Positions 20,626 through 29,836 of a stretch of 64,000 bases of DNA are shown piece after piece (positions within the stretch are counted from its first letter, which is position 1; the number at the start of each line of letters is the position of its first letter). The position numbers were made by a program, and so were the translations under genes. Under the pieces are notes generated by a model that worked only from the letters and a program-made list of their open reading frames with translations, did not search any database and was not told the origin of the DNA. The DNA lies in NCBI GenBank assembly GCA_032250835.1, contig JAVVEA010000004.1, forward strand, positions 1 through 64,000. Reading direction: 5' to 3'. This DNA is from a bacterium. Its GTDB lineage: Bacteria; SAR324; XYD2-FULL-50-16.

Positions 20626-23142
20626 TCACCGGCTTACCTTCTTTTGGAAGTTCAAGTTGGCCACGCGGACCAGGGCGGGCAACATCAAGAGGTCCGCCAG
20701 TAAAGCCGCCCCCATGGCCTGGGCGCTGAGGCTGCCGAAGGCCGACATGCCTGTGTGGCCTAAAAAAATCATGCTGCTAAAGCCCACGGCGAGGATCAGG
20801 CTGGTGAAGCTCATGGCCTGCCCCACTTCGCGCATACTGCCCAAAACCGCTCGGTCCATGTCGCCTCTCAATTCAATGGCTTCACGCTTATAGTGTGATA
20901 GAAAATGGATCGTATCGTCCACGGCGATACCGATCACCACCGGCGCGATGATCAGCGTGTCGGCGTCGAGGGGTACGCCCATATAACCCATCAAGCCAAA
21001 GGTAGTGACCACCGGGAATAGGTTGGGGATCATGGCGATCAGGCCCACCCGCAGCGATTTAAACAGCAGCAACATGACCAAAGTGATCGAGCCCAAGGCC
21101 AAGGAGAAGGACTTGATCTGGGACCAAGCAAAGCGGTCCACCATGGTCATGGTCAGGGCCACCGCCCCGGTTAGCTCGATGCGGAGTTTTGGGTAGCGCT
21201 CTTTAAGGGCCGAAAATTCTAAGGCTGTCAGTTTTTCGGCTTCAGGCAAAAATTGGCTATAAAAGTCCGACCCCCCGTTGACCATGCGCAGATTGATGCG
21301 GCCCTGGCTGTAATCATCGGGCACCAACTCTAGGCGGTCTTCCCGGTTCGAACCGTCAAAGAGAAACAACACCTGAGCCAAGGTGTTCTGGTCGCTGGGT
21401 AGGCGGTAAAACTCCGGGCGCCCTTCGTTGAGCACTTGAAAGCTATATTTGGCCACCTCCACCAAGCTGTTGGTTTGGACTACCTGGGGGTATTGCGCTT
21501 TTAACTGGCGCTGTACCCGGTCCATCGCCGCCAGCACTTGGGGGTCTTTGAGGGCGTCGTTCTCATGGAAATTGAGGTAAATTTCTAGGCTGTCGCTACC
21601 GCCCATTGCTTGGTCCACTATGCGGAACCCCTCTTTGACGGGATAGCCGTCTTTGATCACCTCTAACAGGTTAGAATCGATCTTGATTTGGGTAAAGCCG
21701 CCGAGCGCCACCAGCGTCACTACCCCGAAAGCCAACAGCGTATAGCGCGGGTGGTGCAGTACCAGCGGTTCCATGTAGTCCAAAAACCGATCCACCAACC
21801 CCAACCGGCTGGCCGGAGTGGCCCGGTCCTTCTTCACCGGTGCCCAAAGGTCGATCAACATGGGCAGCATCACCAAGCTCAAGACCAACGCAATGCTGAT
21901 CCCGCCCACGGCGGTAAGGCCAAAGTTGCGCAGCATCCGCACCGGAACCAGAGTCAAAGAAAACATGCCTAAGGCGGTGGTGAAACTGGCCAAGATGCAG
22001 GGCGGACCGACCCTGCGCATGGTCTCGGCCAGGGCCCCAGGATGGTCCAGCCCAGCGCGGCGGTGGAAGAGATAGCCCGAAAGGATGTGGACCGAGTTGG
22101 CCAAGCCGATCACCAAGATCAAGACCGACATGACTTCTAACATCATGCTCTGTTCGATTTGCAGCCAACCGACGGTGCCCACCGCCGCGAAGTTGGCCAA
22201 GACCACAATCAACACCGGCCAGATCACCGCCGCCCAACTGCGGAAAAGCAACCAGAGCATGGCCAACATCAGGCCAATCAAGGCTGCAAAGATGTAGTTT
22301 AATTGGGGGATTAAGACGTCGTTAAAAAAGCCCATCAGGACGGCGTTGCCTACGGGATGGAACTCTAAGGCGCTTTGGTAGGCAGGTTGTTCAAAGACTT
22401 GGCCCAGCGCTCTGTTGACGTCGGCATAGTCGCCCATTTCCACTTCCTTAAAGCGGATCGGTCCCGCAGGGGTGCTGGATGGCGAAGTTAAATCGGGGGT
22501 GTCTAAATCAAAGCCCGAGCCGCTGAAAGAGTCTTCAAAACCCTCGACGATAGGACCTCCGCCGATCCGCTCGCCGCCCAGGTCGGTTTTGAGGATCAAG
22601 GCTCCGTATTGGGAGTCTCGGCTCATCAAAAAACCGGGAAAGTCGGGGTGCGTTAAAATCTCCTGGCGCAGCCGCTCACGGGCTGCCTCGTTTTGGGGGA
22701 GTCTTTCGCCCACCAAATCGCGGCTGTTCAAGAGGTCGCCTTGGGATTCCAAATAACTGGCGTTGATCAAGCTAGTCACTTCGGTGAAGTGCTTGAAGGG
22801 TCCTTCGGTGGGGGTGCTGATCTTGCGGGACAGCTCTTGGTGCAGTGCCAAGAGGGCCTTGAGGGACGCCGCACTGAGTACGTCGCCGTCTTTGGCGCGG
22901 TAGGCTAGATAGATGGCCTCATCAGACGAGAAGGTGGCCTTAAACTGGTTGTAGAGGTCTAAGGCCGGGTCGTCGGACATGAAGTTGGCCTCCATGGACA
23001 TATTCATCTTGATCCGAGGGGCCCCAGCACTCAAGAAGACCAAGGACAAAATGATCACCGGCCAAACCCATTTGCGGCGTTGGCGCAACCACCCAGGCAG
23101 TTGGGCGAAGAAATTTTGTGTGCGGTGGTTGGTAGCGTTCAT
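20626..23142 (-). CDS. MMPL/RND family transporter
   Basis: Duplicated TM bundles, GLANSVH, TTALGMFSL, IPNLFP and GIAVDDTIHFL. Confidence 0.9.
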   Translation of the reverse strand: MNATNHRTQNFFAQLPGWLRQRRKWVWPVIILSLVFLSAGAPRIKMNMSMEANFMSDDPALDLYNQFKATFSSDEAIYLAYRAKDGDVLSAASLKALLALHQELSRKISTPTEGPFKHFTEVTSLINASYLESQGDLLNSRDLVGERLPQNEAARERLRQEILTHPDFPGFLMSRDSQYGALILKTDLGGERIGGGPIVEGFEDSFSGSGFDLDTPDLTSPSSTPAGPIRFKEVEMGDYADVNRALGQVFEQPAYQSALEFHPVGNAVLMGFFNDVLIPQLNYIFAALIGLMLAMLWLLFRSWAAVIWPVLIVVLANFAAVGTVGWLQIEQSMMLEVMSVLILVIGLANSVHILSGYLFHRRAGLDHPGALAETMRRVGPPCILASFTTALGMFSLTLVPVRMLRNFGLTAVGGISIALVLSLVMLPMLIDLWAPVKKDRATPASRLGLVDRFLDYMEPLVLHHPRYTLLAFGVVTLVALGGFTQIKIDSNLLEVIKDGYPVKEGFRIVDQAMGGSDSLEIYLNFHENDALKDPQVLAAMDRVQRQLKAQYPQVVQTNSLVEVAKYSFQVLNEGRPEFYRLPSDQNTLAQVLFLFDGSNREDRLELVPDDYSQGRINLRMVNGGSDFYSQFLPEAEKLTALEFSALKERYPKLRIELTGAVALTMTMVDRFAWSQIKSFSLALGSITLVMLLLFKSLRVGLIAMIPNLFPVVTTFGLMGYMGVPLDADTLIIAPVVIGIAVDDTIHFLSHYKREAIELRGDMDRAVLGSMREVGQAMSFTSLILAVGFSSMIFLGHTGMSAFGSLSAQAMGAALLADLLMLPALVRVANLNFQKKVSR

Positions 23143-23145
23143 CGG

Positions 23146-23757
23146 TTATTTCTCCGTTGCGGGGCCCCCGATTAGGGTCCGGATCATCTGCTCCATAGCC
23201 TCCCAAAGGCCATCGTCTTCCACTAGTTCGGGGCGCAACATGATTTGCAGGCCCATCCCGTCGAGGAGCGCGGTCAAGAGGTTGGGTAGGTAGTTTAAAG
23301 GGACCAGAGGGTGGGCCTTCCCTGAGGCTTGCATGCGGCTCAATCCGCCCAGCATCAAGCCCGGAGCGGCCAGCAGCATAGCCAGCATCTTGTCTTGCAC
23401 CGGTCCTGGATGCCGGGCGACGGCTAGGGCTTCGATCATCAAGGCCATCGACTCGGGATCTTCGCGGACTGCGGCGCGGGTCTGGACCGTTAAGATATGG
23501 GCCAGTTGGGCCGCGTCTTCGGCTTGGTCGAAAAGCCCGCCCATCATCTCGAAGAGCGGACCAAAGGCTAGATCGGTGGCCTCGGCGAGCAACACTTCGG
23601 TGTTGTGGAAGTAGTAATGCAGCAGGCCCCGACTGACGCCTGCCGCCTCGGCCACCAGGGTGACCGTGGTGCCTGCATAGCCATACTTGGCTAGGGTCTT
23701 GATCGCTGCGGTGAGGATCAGTTCCTTGTTGTGTTGGGTCTTTTCGGTGGTAGTCAT
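23146..23757 (-). CDS. TetR/AcrR family regulator
   Basis: N-terminal HTH GYAGTTVTLVAEAAGVSRGLLHYYF. Confidence 0.92.
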   Translation of the reverse strand: MTTTEKTQHNKELILTAAIKTLAKYGYAGTTVTLVAEAAGVSRGLLHYYFHNTEVLLAEATDLAFGPLFEMMGGLFDQAEDAAQLAHILTVQTRAAVREDPESMALMIEALAVARHPGPVQDKMLAMLLAAPGLMLGGLSRMQASGKAHPLVPLNYLPNLLTALLDGMGLQIMLRPELVEDDGLWEAMEQMIRTLIGGPATEK

Positions 23758-23772
23758 AGGGTGGCCTCTTTA

Positions 23773-23786
23773 GATGGACGTCCATC
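23773..23786. promoter_or_regulatory. Putative TetR operator
   Basis: Perfect 14-bp palindrome GATGGACGTCCATC just upstream of the tetR start, downstream of a minus-strand TTGACG-N16-TAAACT promoter-like sequence. Confidence 0.65.
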
Positions 23787-23876
23787 CAGTTTTCAGTTTA
23801 AACCAATGGGGCGGCCCGTCAAGTTTTTCTTGAATGATTTTGGTCGAGACGGAGGGGGAATCCGTCGGTTGGGGGC

Positions 23877-24647
23877 TTAGAAGTCGATAGAAAAGCTGAG
23901 GCTGCTGCTGGTGTCGGTTGTTTTGAGTCCCGTTAAGGGTTCGGTATCGTTGCTCCAGTCGATATTGATCTTTAAGGAGAGCTGCTCGTCTAGCGCCCAC
24001 TTGAGCGAAAACTGATCTAGCGAGCGGATGTCATCGCCTCCGCCCAAGGCGGGTTGTAGGTAGTAGACATTGCCAATCTCTGGTCCACCCTTGATTTTAT
24101 AAAAAAGGGACCAATAAAAGTTTCCCCGTAGGTTGTGGTCGTTGTTGGGGTCTACTGGGTCGGCGTAGCTTTCTTGTTCGTCAAAAAGGCCTGCGCCCAA
24201 GTGGTGGCTGTAGCGGCCCGGATCGTTGTTCAAGCGAAAGCGTAGCCCGCCACCGGCGACGATGCGCCGCTTGACCAGTAAATAGGCATTGGATTGGGCC
24301 TGAAAAAAGGCCTCGTACCCCATCACCCCATCAGTGGGTTGGTAGGCCCGCAAGTGTAGCCATATGGTGTCGTCGAGCTTGTGGCCCTCGCTGCTGGCAT
24401 AATAGCGGCTCGCTAAGACCATATATTCCCGGTCTTCCTCGGCCCCAAAACGCACCGCCGCATCCCCGCCCCATTCGTCATAGACTAAGTTGCCTCGGTC
24501 TTGGCCTAGATCTACGCTTGCGCTGCCTTGTATGCCGGGCTTAAGGGGTTTAAATCGTTCTTGTTCTACGCTGACAATCGCCCAGACCGGTTGGGTAAGC
24601 AACAGGGCGCAGAATAGCAGCAAAGCCGCAGAAAAGGAGCGTTGCAT
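23877..24647 (-). CDS. DUF481 family outer-membrane protein
   Basis: Signal peptide, GN near the N-terminus, GGGLRF, YYLQP and C-terminal F. Confidence 0.75.
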   Translation of the reverse strand: MQRSFSAALLLFCALLLTQPVWAIVSVEQERFKPLKPGIQGSASVDLGQDRGNLVYDEWGGDAAVRFGAEEDREYMVLASRYYASSEGHKLDDTIWLHLRAYQPTDGVMGYEAFFQAQSNAYLLVKRRIVAGGGLRFRLNNDPGRYSHHLGAGLFDEQESYADPVDPNNDHNLRGNFYWSLFYKIKGGPEIGNVYYLQPALGGGDDIRSLDQFSLKWALDEQLSLKINIDWSNDTEPLTGLKTTDTSSSLSFSIDF

Positions 24648-24740
24648 ATAAAAACTGGGGAAGGTCGATGGATTTGGGGGTCTCAGGCCCCTTAGAAATT
24701 CAAGATCAGTATAGGCAAAAGAATCTAAAAAGACAACGGA

Positions 24741-26153
24741 TCAGGCCTTTTCAGGTTTTTGCTTATCGGTGAACTTGATGATTTCTCGGCGGGATTTTGG
24801 CATCATCACCTGCTCAATCCAGCTTTCGTCAGCGGTCACAGCGTTGCTGGTCAAGACTTTGATCACCATGCCGTCTTCTAAAACCTTATTGCGCGGGTAG
24901 CGGGTGTTGTTGATGATCCCGCCAATGGTCTTTAAGCCCAACTCGGAGTGTACCGCAAAGGCGAAGTCTAGGATGGTGGCCCCGTAACGAAGCTCGATCA
25001 CGTCTCCACCGGGGGTGACGCATTGGATCACCCGTTCCTTGGAGCTGCGGAATACGTCGTCGATGCGGACGTTGTCGTCTCCGGTTACGTCCAGGTAGAG
25101 CTGGAAGAACTGGCGGTAGTTTTCGGATTGGTAGATTCCTTCTTTCATTAAGGTGATCAAACCTTTACGATTTTTTTGCTGGAATTCAGGGGTAACGATT
25201 TGCAAGGAAACCTGCTCCCCATGGACCATCACCTTGGTGCTCAGGCCGCGCCAGCCGTTGGCCCTGGGGTTGCTGATAAAGTCGCGGATCGAGAGGGGGA
25301 TGCTACGCAGGTGGGTGTGTAGATGACCTAATACTTTATAACAACAAAGCGGGCTTTGGGTTTCGATGACCACGTGGTCCAGCAGGCGGTCCACCTCGTC
25401 GCTGGTAAAATAAAAGCTCTGGGGCGTTAGCTTGACGGCCAGTAGGTTGACCACCAAACTGGGCTCGATGGCGGCACGGACGGTGGCGGTGATCCGTTCG
25501 ATCGCTTCGCTGCGGTCTAATTCCAACTGCTCTAGCTTTCGCTGCACCCGCACGAAGCGCTTGGTGTAGAGGTTTTTAAAGATCAGGTTGCGCATCTGTT
25601 CTTCGATCTCAATCAACCCTAAGCCGTGGGCTACCTCGGCATAAATGGCCAGACTCTCTTGGCAGATTCTGCGCTGTTTGTGGCGCGGGAGCGCCTCGAT
25701 GTCCGTTAAATTATCCAGGCGGTCAAGCAGCTTGATCAAGATCACCCGAAAGTCCAGGTTGCCTAGCTGGAAGATCTTATACAACGTCAGGCTCTTAGAG
25801 GTCTTTACCTTGGTCAAGGCCTCTACCAACCGGGCCACCAAAGGCCCGAAGAGCTTGCGGATATTTGACTGAGTAAAAGAGGTGTCTTCGATCACGTCGT
25901 GCAGCAGCGCCCCGATCACCGTGTTGGTGTCTAGGTCGTACTCGGTGGCACGGATGGCCACGCGGATCGGGTGGACAAAATAGGGTTCGCCGTTTTTGCG
26001 GAATTGGCCTTCGTGGGCTTGTTGGCCGAAATCCAGCGCCGCCAACACTTGGTCCAGATCGACGTTGTCGCTCTGACCAATGCGTTGGATCAGCCGTTCT
26101 TTTTCAAGAGTTAGGCTTTCAAACTGGTTTTCAAGGCTGGTAACGGCGGACAT
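24741..26153 (-). CDS. RelA/SpoT homolog: HD hydrolase, degenerate synthetase region and TGS domain
   Basis: RKNGEPYFVHP, ALLHDVIED and IKLLDRLDN; TGS motif GATILDFAFAVHSELG; ends after TGS/helical region. Confidence 0.85.
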   Translation of the reverse strand: MSAVTSLENQFESLTLEKERLIQRIGQSDNVDLDQVLAALDFGQQAHEGQFRKNGEPYFVHPIRVAIRATEYDLDTNTVIGALLHDVIEDTSFTQSNIRKLFGPLVARLVEALTKVKTSKSLTLYKIFQLGNLDFRVILIKLLDRLDNLTDIEALPRHKQRRICQESLAIYAEVAHGLGLIEIEEQMRNLIFKNLYTKRFVRVQRKLEQLELDRSEAIERITATVRAAIEPSLVVNLLAVKLTPQSFYFTSDEVDRLLDHVVIETQSPLCCYKVLGHLHTHLRSIPLSIRDFISNPRANGWRGLSTKVMVHGEQVSLQIVTPEFQQKNRKGLITLMKEGIYQSENYRQFFQLYLDVTGDDNVRIDDVFRSSKERVIQCVTPGGDVIELRYGATILDFAFAVHSELGLKTIGGIINNTRYPRNKVLEDGMVIKVLTSNAVTADESWIEQVMMPKSRREIIKFTDKQKPEKA

Positions 26154-26186
26154 TTCCCTCCTGCGGCGTTCGTTGGGTGCGTCTGT

Positions 26187-26618
26187 TCAAAAATCGCACC
26201 AAGAACCGGGCGGGTCTGTAAGATATTGGGAAGTTTCGAGCTGATAAGAGGCTTCTTGCAGAAGCTCGTAATAGTCACAGGCATAAATCCGTTTATTACG
26301 GGTCTGGTAATAAAAAGATTCCGTTTTTTTTAGGCTATTTTGGGTGTCATACAAAATCTGCATAGACCGCAAACAATAGTCAGCGGCCAAGCGCAAATAG
26401 CGGTATTCTTGGGAGCGCTTAAAGCTCTCGTAGTAAGTCTTTGACCAGCCCTGGGCCGTTTGGGCCTGATAAATTCGGTCCGCATAGGGCATCGGTGCCG
26501 CTTTGGGCTGTCCGTCTGGGCCTAGCTGCTGCTCCGCCGGAGCTTGGGCTTGAGCGGTAAAACCCAAGGGCATCAGCGCCAATAAGCCCCAGCAAAGGGC
26601 TAAGAAAATCCGTCTCAT
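26187..26618 (-). CDS. Hypothetical secreted protein
   Basis: Signal peptide; three Cys in the mature region; operonic spacing. Confidence 0.65.
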   Translation of the reverse strand: MRRIFLALCWGLLALMPLGFTAQAQAPAEQQLGPDGQPKAAPMPYADRIYQAQTAQGWSKTYYESFKRSQEYRYLRLAADYCLRSMQILYDTQNSLKKTESFYYQTRNKRIYACDYYELLQEASYQLETSQYLTDPPGSWCDF

Positions 26619-26621
26619 GTT

Positions 26622-27494
26622 CTATTCAGCCGAGGAGGCCGCGCCCTCGGATGGGGTAGGGGGATTTTTGATCGCATCGGCGACGGAGCTAGACAGATCC
26701 GCGCCCGAAAGATTGACCGCCTTGAAATGGCAGTTGTTGAATTTGCAATCTTTAAAGACCGCCGCAGCCAGCATCACGTTGCTGAAGTTGGCCTCATTGA
26801 ACTCAATGTTTTCGAAATGGGCCGAGGTCATGTTGGCGTCGGTGAAGTTGGCTTCCTTCAGCTTAGTCTCAGACATCCGGGCCTTGACCAAAACCGCCTC
26901 TTTGAGGTTGGCGTTGTTGAGGAAACAGCCCGAAAGGTCGGCGTTGTTTAAAGCCGCCCCTTGGAAGTTGACCCCTTCGCCGCCCTCGACCTTCTTTTTG
27001 ATCAGGTCTTTCATCTGCTGGCTGCTGCTGCGGTCCTTCTGGGCGGTCTCTTGCAGCTTCTCGTTGGTTTCGCGCAGCCGCCCGGCCAAGGTGGTGGCGA
27101 AGTTGCGGAAGAGTTTAAAAGCGATCAAGGTGTTGGACTGCGAAAGCACGCTTTCTTTGATGGTCAACATGACCGCCTTGTCACCGTCTGCAGTGGCGCG
27201 TGCCGAGCGGGGCGATTGGTCGATGATCCCCATCTCGCCGAAGCAGGCACCGGGACCTAGCTTAACCAAAACTTCTTCTTTGCCGCCGCCGATGGGGCGG
27301 CTGATGCGGACCGTACCGGCCAAGATGATGTACATCTTGTCTCCCCGGGTGCCTTCTTTGAAGATCACCTCATCGGGATCAAAGACTTCGGTCGCCGCGA
27401 GTTTTAAGAGCCCCAGGAGTTCGCCGTTGGAAAAAGACTTAAAAAAGTCTACCGACGTTTGGAGCTTCTGGAAGATTTCCTTGGTTAATTGCAT
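26622..27494 (-). CDS. Cyclic-nucleotide-binding domain fused to pentapeptide repeats
   Basis: FGEMGIIDQSPRSA cNMP motif; C-terminal A(D/N)Lxx repeats (ADLSG, ANLKE, ANFTD). Confidence 0.85.
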   Translation of the reverse strand: MQLTKEIFQKLQTSVDFFKSFSNGELLGLLKLAATEVFDPDEVIFKEGTRGDKMYIILAGTVRISRPIGGGKEEVLVKLGPGACFGEMGIIDQSPRSARATADGDKAVMLTIKESVLSQSNTLIAFKLFRNFATTLAGRLRETNEKLQETAQKDRSSSQQMKDLIKKKVEGGEGVNFQGAALNNADLSGCFLNNANLKEAVLVKARMSETKLKEANFTDANMTSAHFENIEFNEANFSNVMLAAAVFKDCKFNNCHFKAVNLSGADLSSSVADAIKNPPTPSEGAASSAE

Positions 27495-27518
27495 GGACAG
27501 GCAAGCAGACTGAGGGGC

Positions 27519-27842
27519 TTAGTTGAAAGCGATCTTGGTTTTGCGGCGGATCAAATCCAGTTCAGCACGACTTAACATCACACGGCGGTTGTAGCACAAA
27601 GAAGGATTATACAAAAAAACCTCAACTGAGTCTTCGATGATATCTGCACCGATCCGGTTGCCCGGAACTTCGCAGGTGCGCTCTAGGTCTTCAACTAAAG
27701 ATAACAGGAGTTTGGCCCGTTTAAAGCGGTTATACTCCTTGGCCCGAGCCAGGGTGTAAAAGTTTTTGTTGCGCGATACCCGCCCTTCGGCGATATCACC
27801 CATCAAGAGTCCTAATTGTTCTATTTCCGTGGAAGTTTGCAC
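27519..27842 (-). CDS. Hypothetical protein
   Basis: GGAGG RBS before GTG; co-oriented with neighbours. Confidence 0.6.
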   Translation of the reverse strand: MQTSTEIEQLGLLMGDIAEGRVSRNKNFYTLARAKEYNRFKRAKLLLSLVEDLERTCEVPGNRIGADIIEDSVEVFLYNPSLCYNRRVMLSRAELDLIRRKTKIAFN

Positions 27843-27931
27843 AACGCCTCCGGTCGGTCTGGGTTCTCAGTGTTTCTACCGACCCCATTATTCATGCAAG
27901 AAGGGCCCTTGTCCAGATTTTTCCCCAACTC

Positions 27932-28849
27932 TTATAGGTCCACCAGCAAGCTATAAATCAGGGCCATTCTTACCCACAGGCCGTTGGCTGCTTGTTCGAA
28001 GAACTTCATGCGTGGATCTTGGTCCACTGCCGTGTCGATCTCGTTAAGCCGTGGCAGGGGGTGCATGACGATGGAATTGTTTTTGAAATGAGACATCATC
28101 TCGGTGTCTATGCGGTATTTATCGGCTGCTTCTTGGTAGCGGCCCATATCCAAGAATCGCTCCTTTTGCACCCGAGTCATGTATACGCAGTCCGCTTGAG
28201 AGACCGCCTTAGCTAAGTCGGGCTCTTCGCTCCAGCTGATTCCTTGCTCGTCTAAGAACGAGAGGATGTCGTCGGCCATGCGGCAGATCGGCGGGGCCAC
28301 AAAGAGCATCTTGACCTTGTAAAAACGCCCCAATAGGTAACAAAGGCTCCGCGTGGTGCGCCCATACAGCAGGTCGCCCACCATTGCGACGGTCAGTCCG
28401 TCGATCTCGCCGAAGTGGCGGCGGATGGTGTAGAGGTCCAGCAGCGCTTGGGTCGGGTGTTGGCCCGCGCCGTCTCCGGCGTTGATCACCGGAACCCGGC
28501 TGGCCGAGGCCGCCCGTTTGGCACCCCCGATTTCGTGGTGTCGCAGGGCGATCACGTCGGCGTAGGCGCTGACGATCTTGATGGTGTCTTCTAAGGTTTC
28601 GCCCTTGGAATGGCTGGAAAACTCCTTGGCCATTTCGGTGCCGATCACGCTGCCGCCTAAGCGGCACATAGCCGCCTCAAAGCTCAAGCGGGTGCGGGTG
28701 GAGGGCTCGTAAAAGAGCGTTGCCAACACTTTACCGGGAATCTGGTACGGCGAGGCATCGACCTGCATCTGGTCGGCCAGGCCGAAGATTTGCTCCAAAA
28801 AGGGGAGCGTAAACTGCTGGGATTCGTAAACGTGGCTTAGTCGGGTCAC
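27932..28849 (-). CDS. pyrB: Aspartate carbamoyltransferase catalytic subunit
   Basis: FYEPSTRTRLSFE, INAGDG.GQHPTQ, TRVQKER and HPLPR; start placed at GTG 28849. Confidence 0.95.
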   Translation of the reverse strand: MTRLSHVYESQQFTLPFLEQIFGLADQMQVDASPYQIPGKVLATLFYEPSTRTRLSFEAAMCRLGGSVIGTEMAKEFSSHSKGETLEDTIKIVSAYADVIALRHHEIGGAKRAASASRVPVINAGDGAGQHPTQALLDLYTIRRHFGEIDGLTVAMVGDLLYGRTTRSLCYLLGRFYKVKMLFVAPPICRMADDILSFLDEQGISWSEEPDLAKAVSQADCVYMTRVQKERFLDMGRYQEAADKYRIDTEMMSHFKNNSIVMHPLPRLNEIDTAVDQDPRMKFFEQAANGLWVRMALIYSLLVDL

Positions 28850-28871
28850 TGTAGATTTTGGCTTTAAGTCG

Positions 28872-28900
28872 TTGCCCCATCGGCGGCGAAGGGGTATGCT
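28872..28900 (+). promoter_or_regulatory. Putative sigma70 promoter for prmA-glgX
   Basis: TTGCCC-N17-TATGCT about 100 bp upstream of prmA. Confidence 0.4.
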
Positions 28901-28996
28901 ATCGCTGAATCGGACAGGGATTATTAAGACCGCTGCCGCTCTTCTCAAGTTACTGCAACCTCCCGGATTGAGCAATCCTTTTTCCCTCTAAGCCTT

Positions 28997-29836
28997 ATGC
29001 AAACAGCCTATTTGGAAGTGATCGTTAAGGTAAACCAAGGCGATGAAGAGATGGCTGGGTGGCTGATGGCCGAAGAAGGTGCTTTAGGGATCGAAGAATT
29101 GGGCCTCGAAGCAGGCAAACTTACCTTAAAGGTTTTTTTTCCCGAAGACGAGGAACTCTGCCAAAGAGCCCTCAGACGCGCCCAAGCGGGGGTGAATATG
29201 GAGGTCGGTGAAAGGTTGCTTAAGCCGGTAGTGGACTGGCAGGCCTATTGGAAAGAACACTTCAAGCCGCTAGAGGTGGGCCGGCGTTTTCTGGTACGTC
29301 CGCCCTGGGAAAAGGCTGACCCCAAAGGCCGGGTGGAGATTGTGATCAACCCAGGCCAGGGTTTTGGTACCGGCTACCACGAAACGACGCGGCTAGCGAT
29401 GCTTGCTCTAGAACAAATCGAGGGGCATCTAACAGAGCCCTTTTTGGACATCGGCACCGGCTCGGGTATCTTGGCTATTGCCGCCCTCAAGCTTGGCGCA
29501 CCCAGCGGGGTGGGCTTAGAGATCGAGCAAGAGGCCTTAGAAGAACTGCCTAGTAACCTAGCGCTTTCGAATCTAGACCCGCAGCTTTTAGTGGGCCATC
29601 TCGCCAAGCCCAACCAATGGGACCAACCGGCCCAGACGGTGATCGCCAACATCACCGGCGATGTGCTGCTGTACCACCACGAAGACTTACGCCGCTTAAC
29701 GGGGCGGCACTTGATCCTTTCGGGAATCTTAGAACCCTTCTTAGAACCCCTAAAAGACCGCTTCAGCGACTGGGAATTGGTCTACCAGGGCCAAGAAGGC
29801 GACTGGTTCGCCTTGTGTTTTAGGAGGCAGGGATGA
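28997..29836 (+). CDS. prmA: Ribosomal protein L11 methyltransferase
   Basis: DW..YWK, VRPPW, INPGQGFGTGYHETT, LDIGTGSGILAI, ANI and LSGIL. Confidence 0.92.
   Translation: MQTAYLEVIVKVNQGDEEMAGWLMAEEGALGIEELGLEAGKLTLKVFFPEDEELCQRALRRAQAGVNMEVGERLLKPVVDWQAYWKEHFKPLEVGRRFLVRPPWEKADPKGRVEIVINPGQGFGTGYHETTRLAMLALEQIEGHLTEPFLDIGTGSGILAIAALKLGAPSGVGLEIEQEALEELPSNLALSNLDPQLLVGHLAKPNQWDQPAQTVIANITGDVLLYHHEDLRRLTGRHLILSGILEPFLEPLKDRFSDWELVYQGQEGDWFALCFRRQG

Noticed and set aside
26617-27513. 298-aa + strand ORF and similar long antisense ORFs (e.g. 46471-47265, 22940-23785)
   Set aside because: Shadow or alternate frames overlapping well-supported genes in GC-rich DNA; no recognisable motifs.
28891-28911. 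GGGTATGCTATCGCTGAAT, resembling the array repeat's right half
   Set aside because: Lacks the left arm and is better explained as the -10 region of the prmA promoter.
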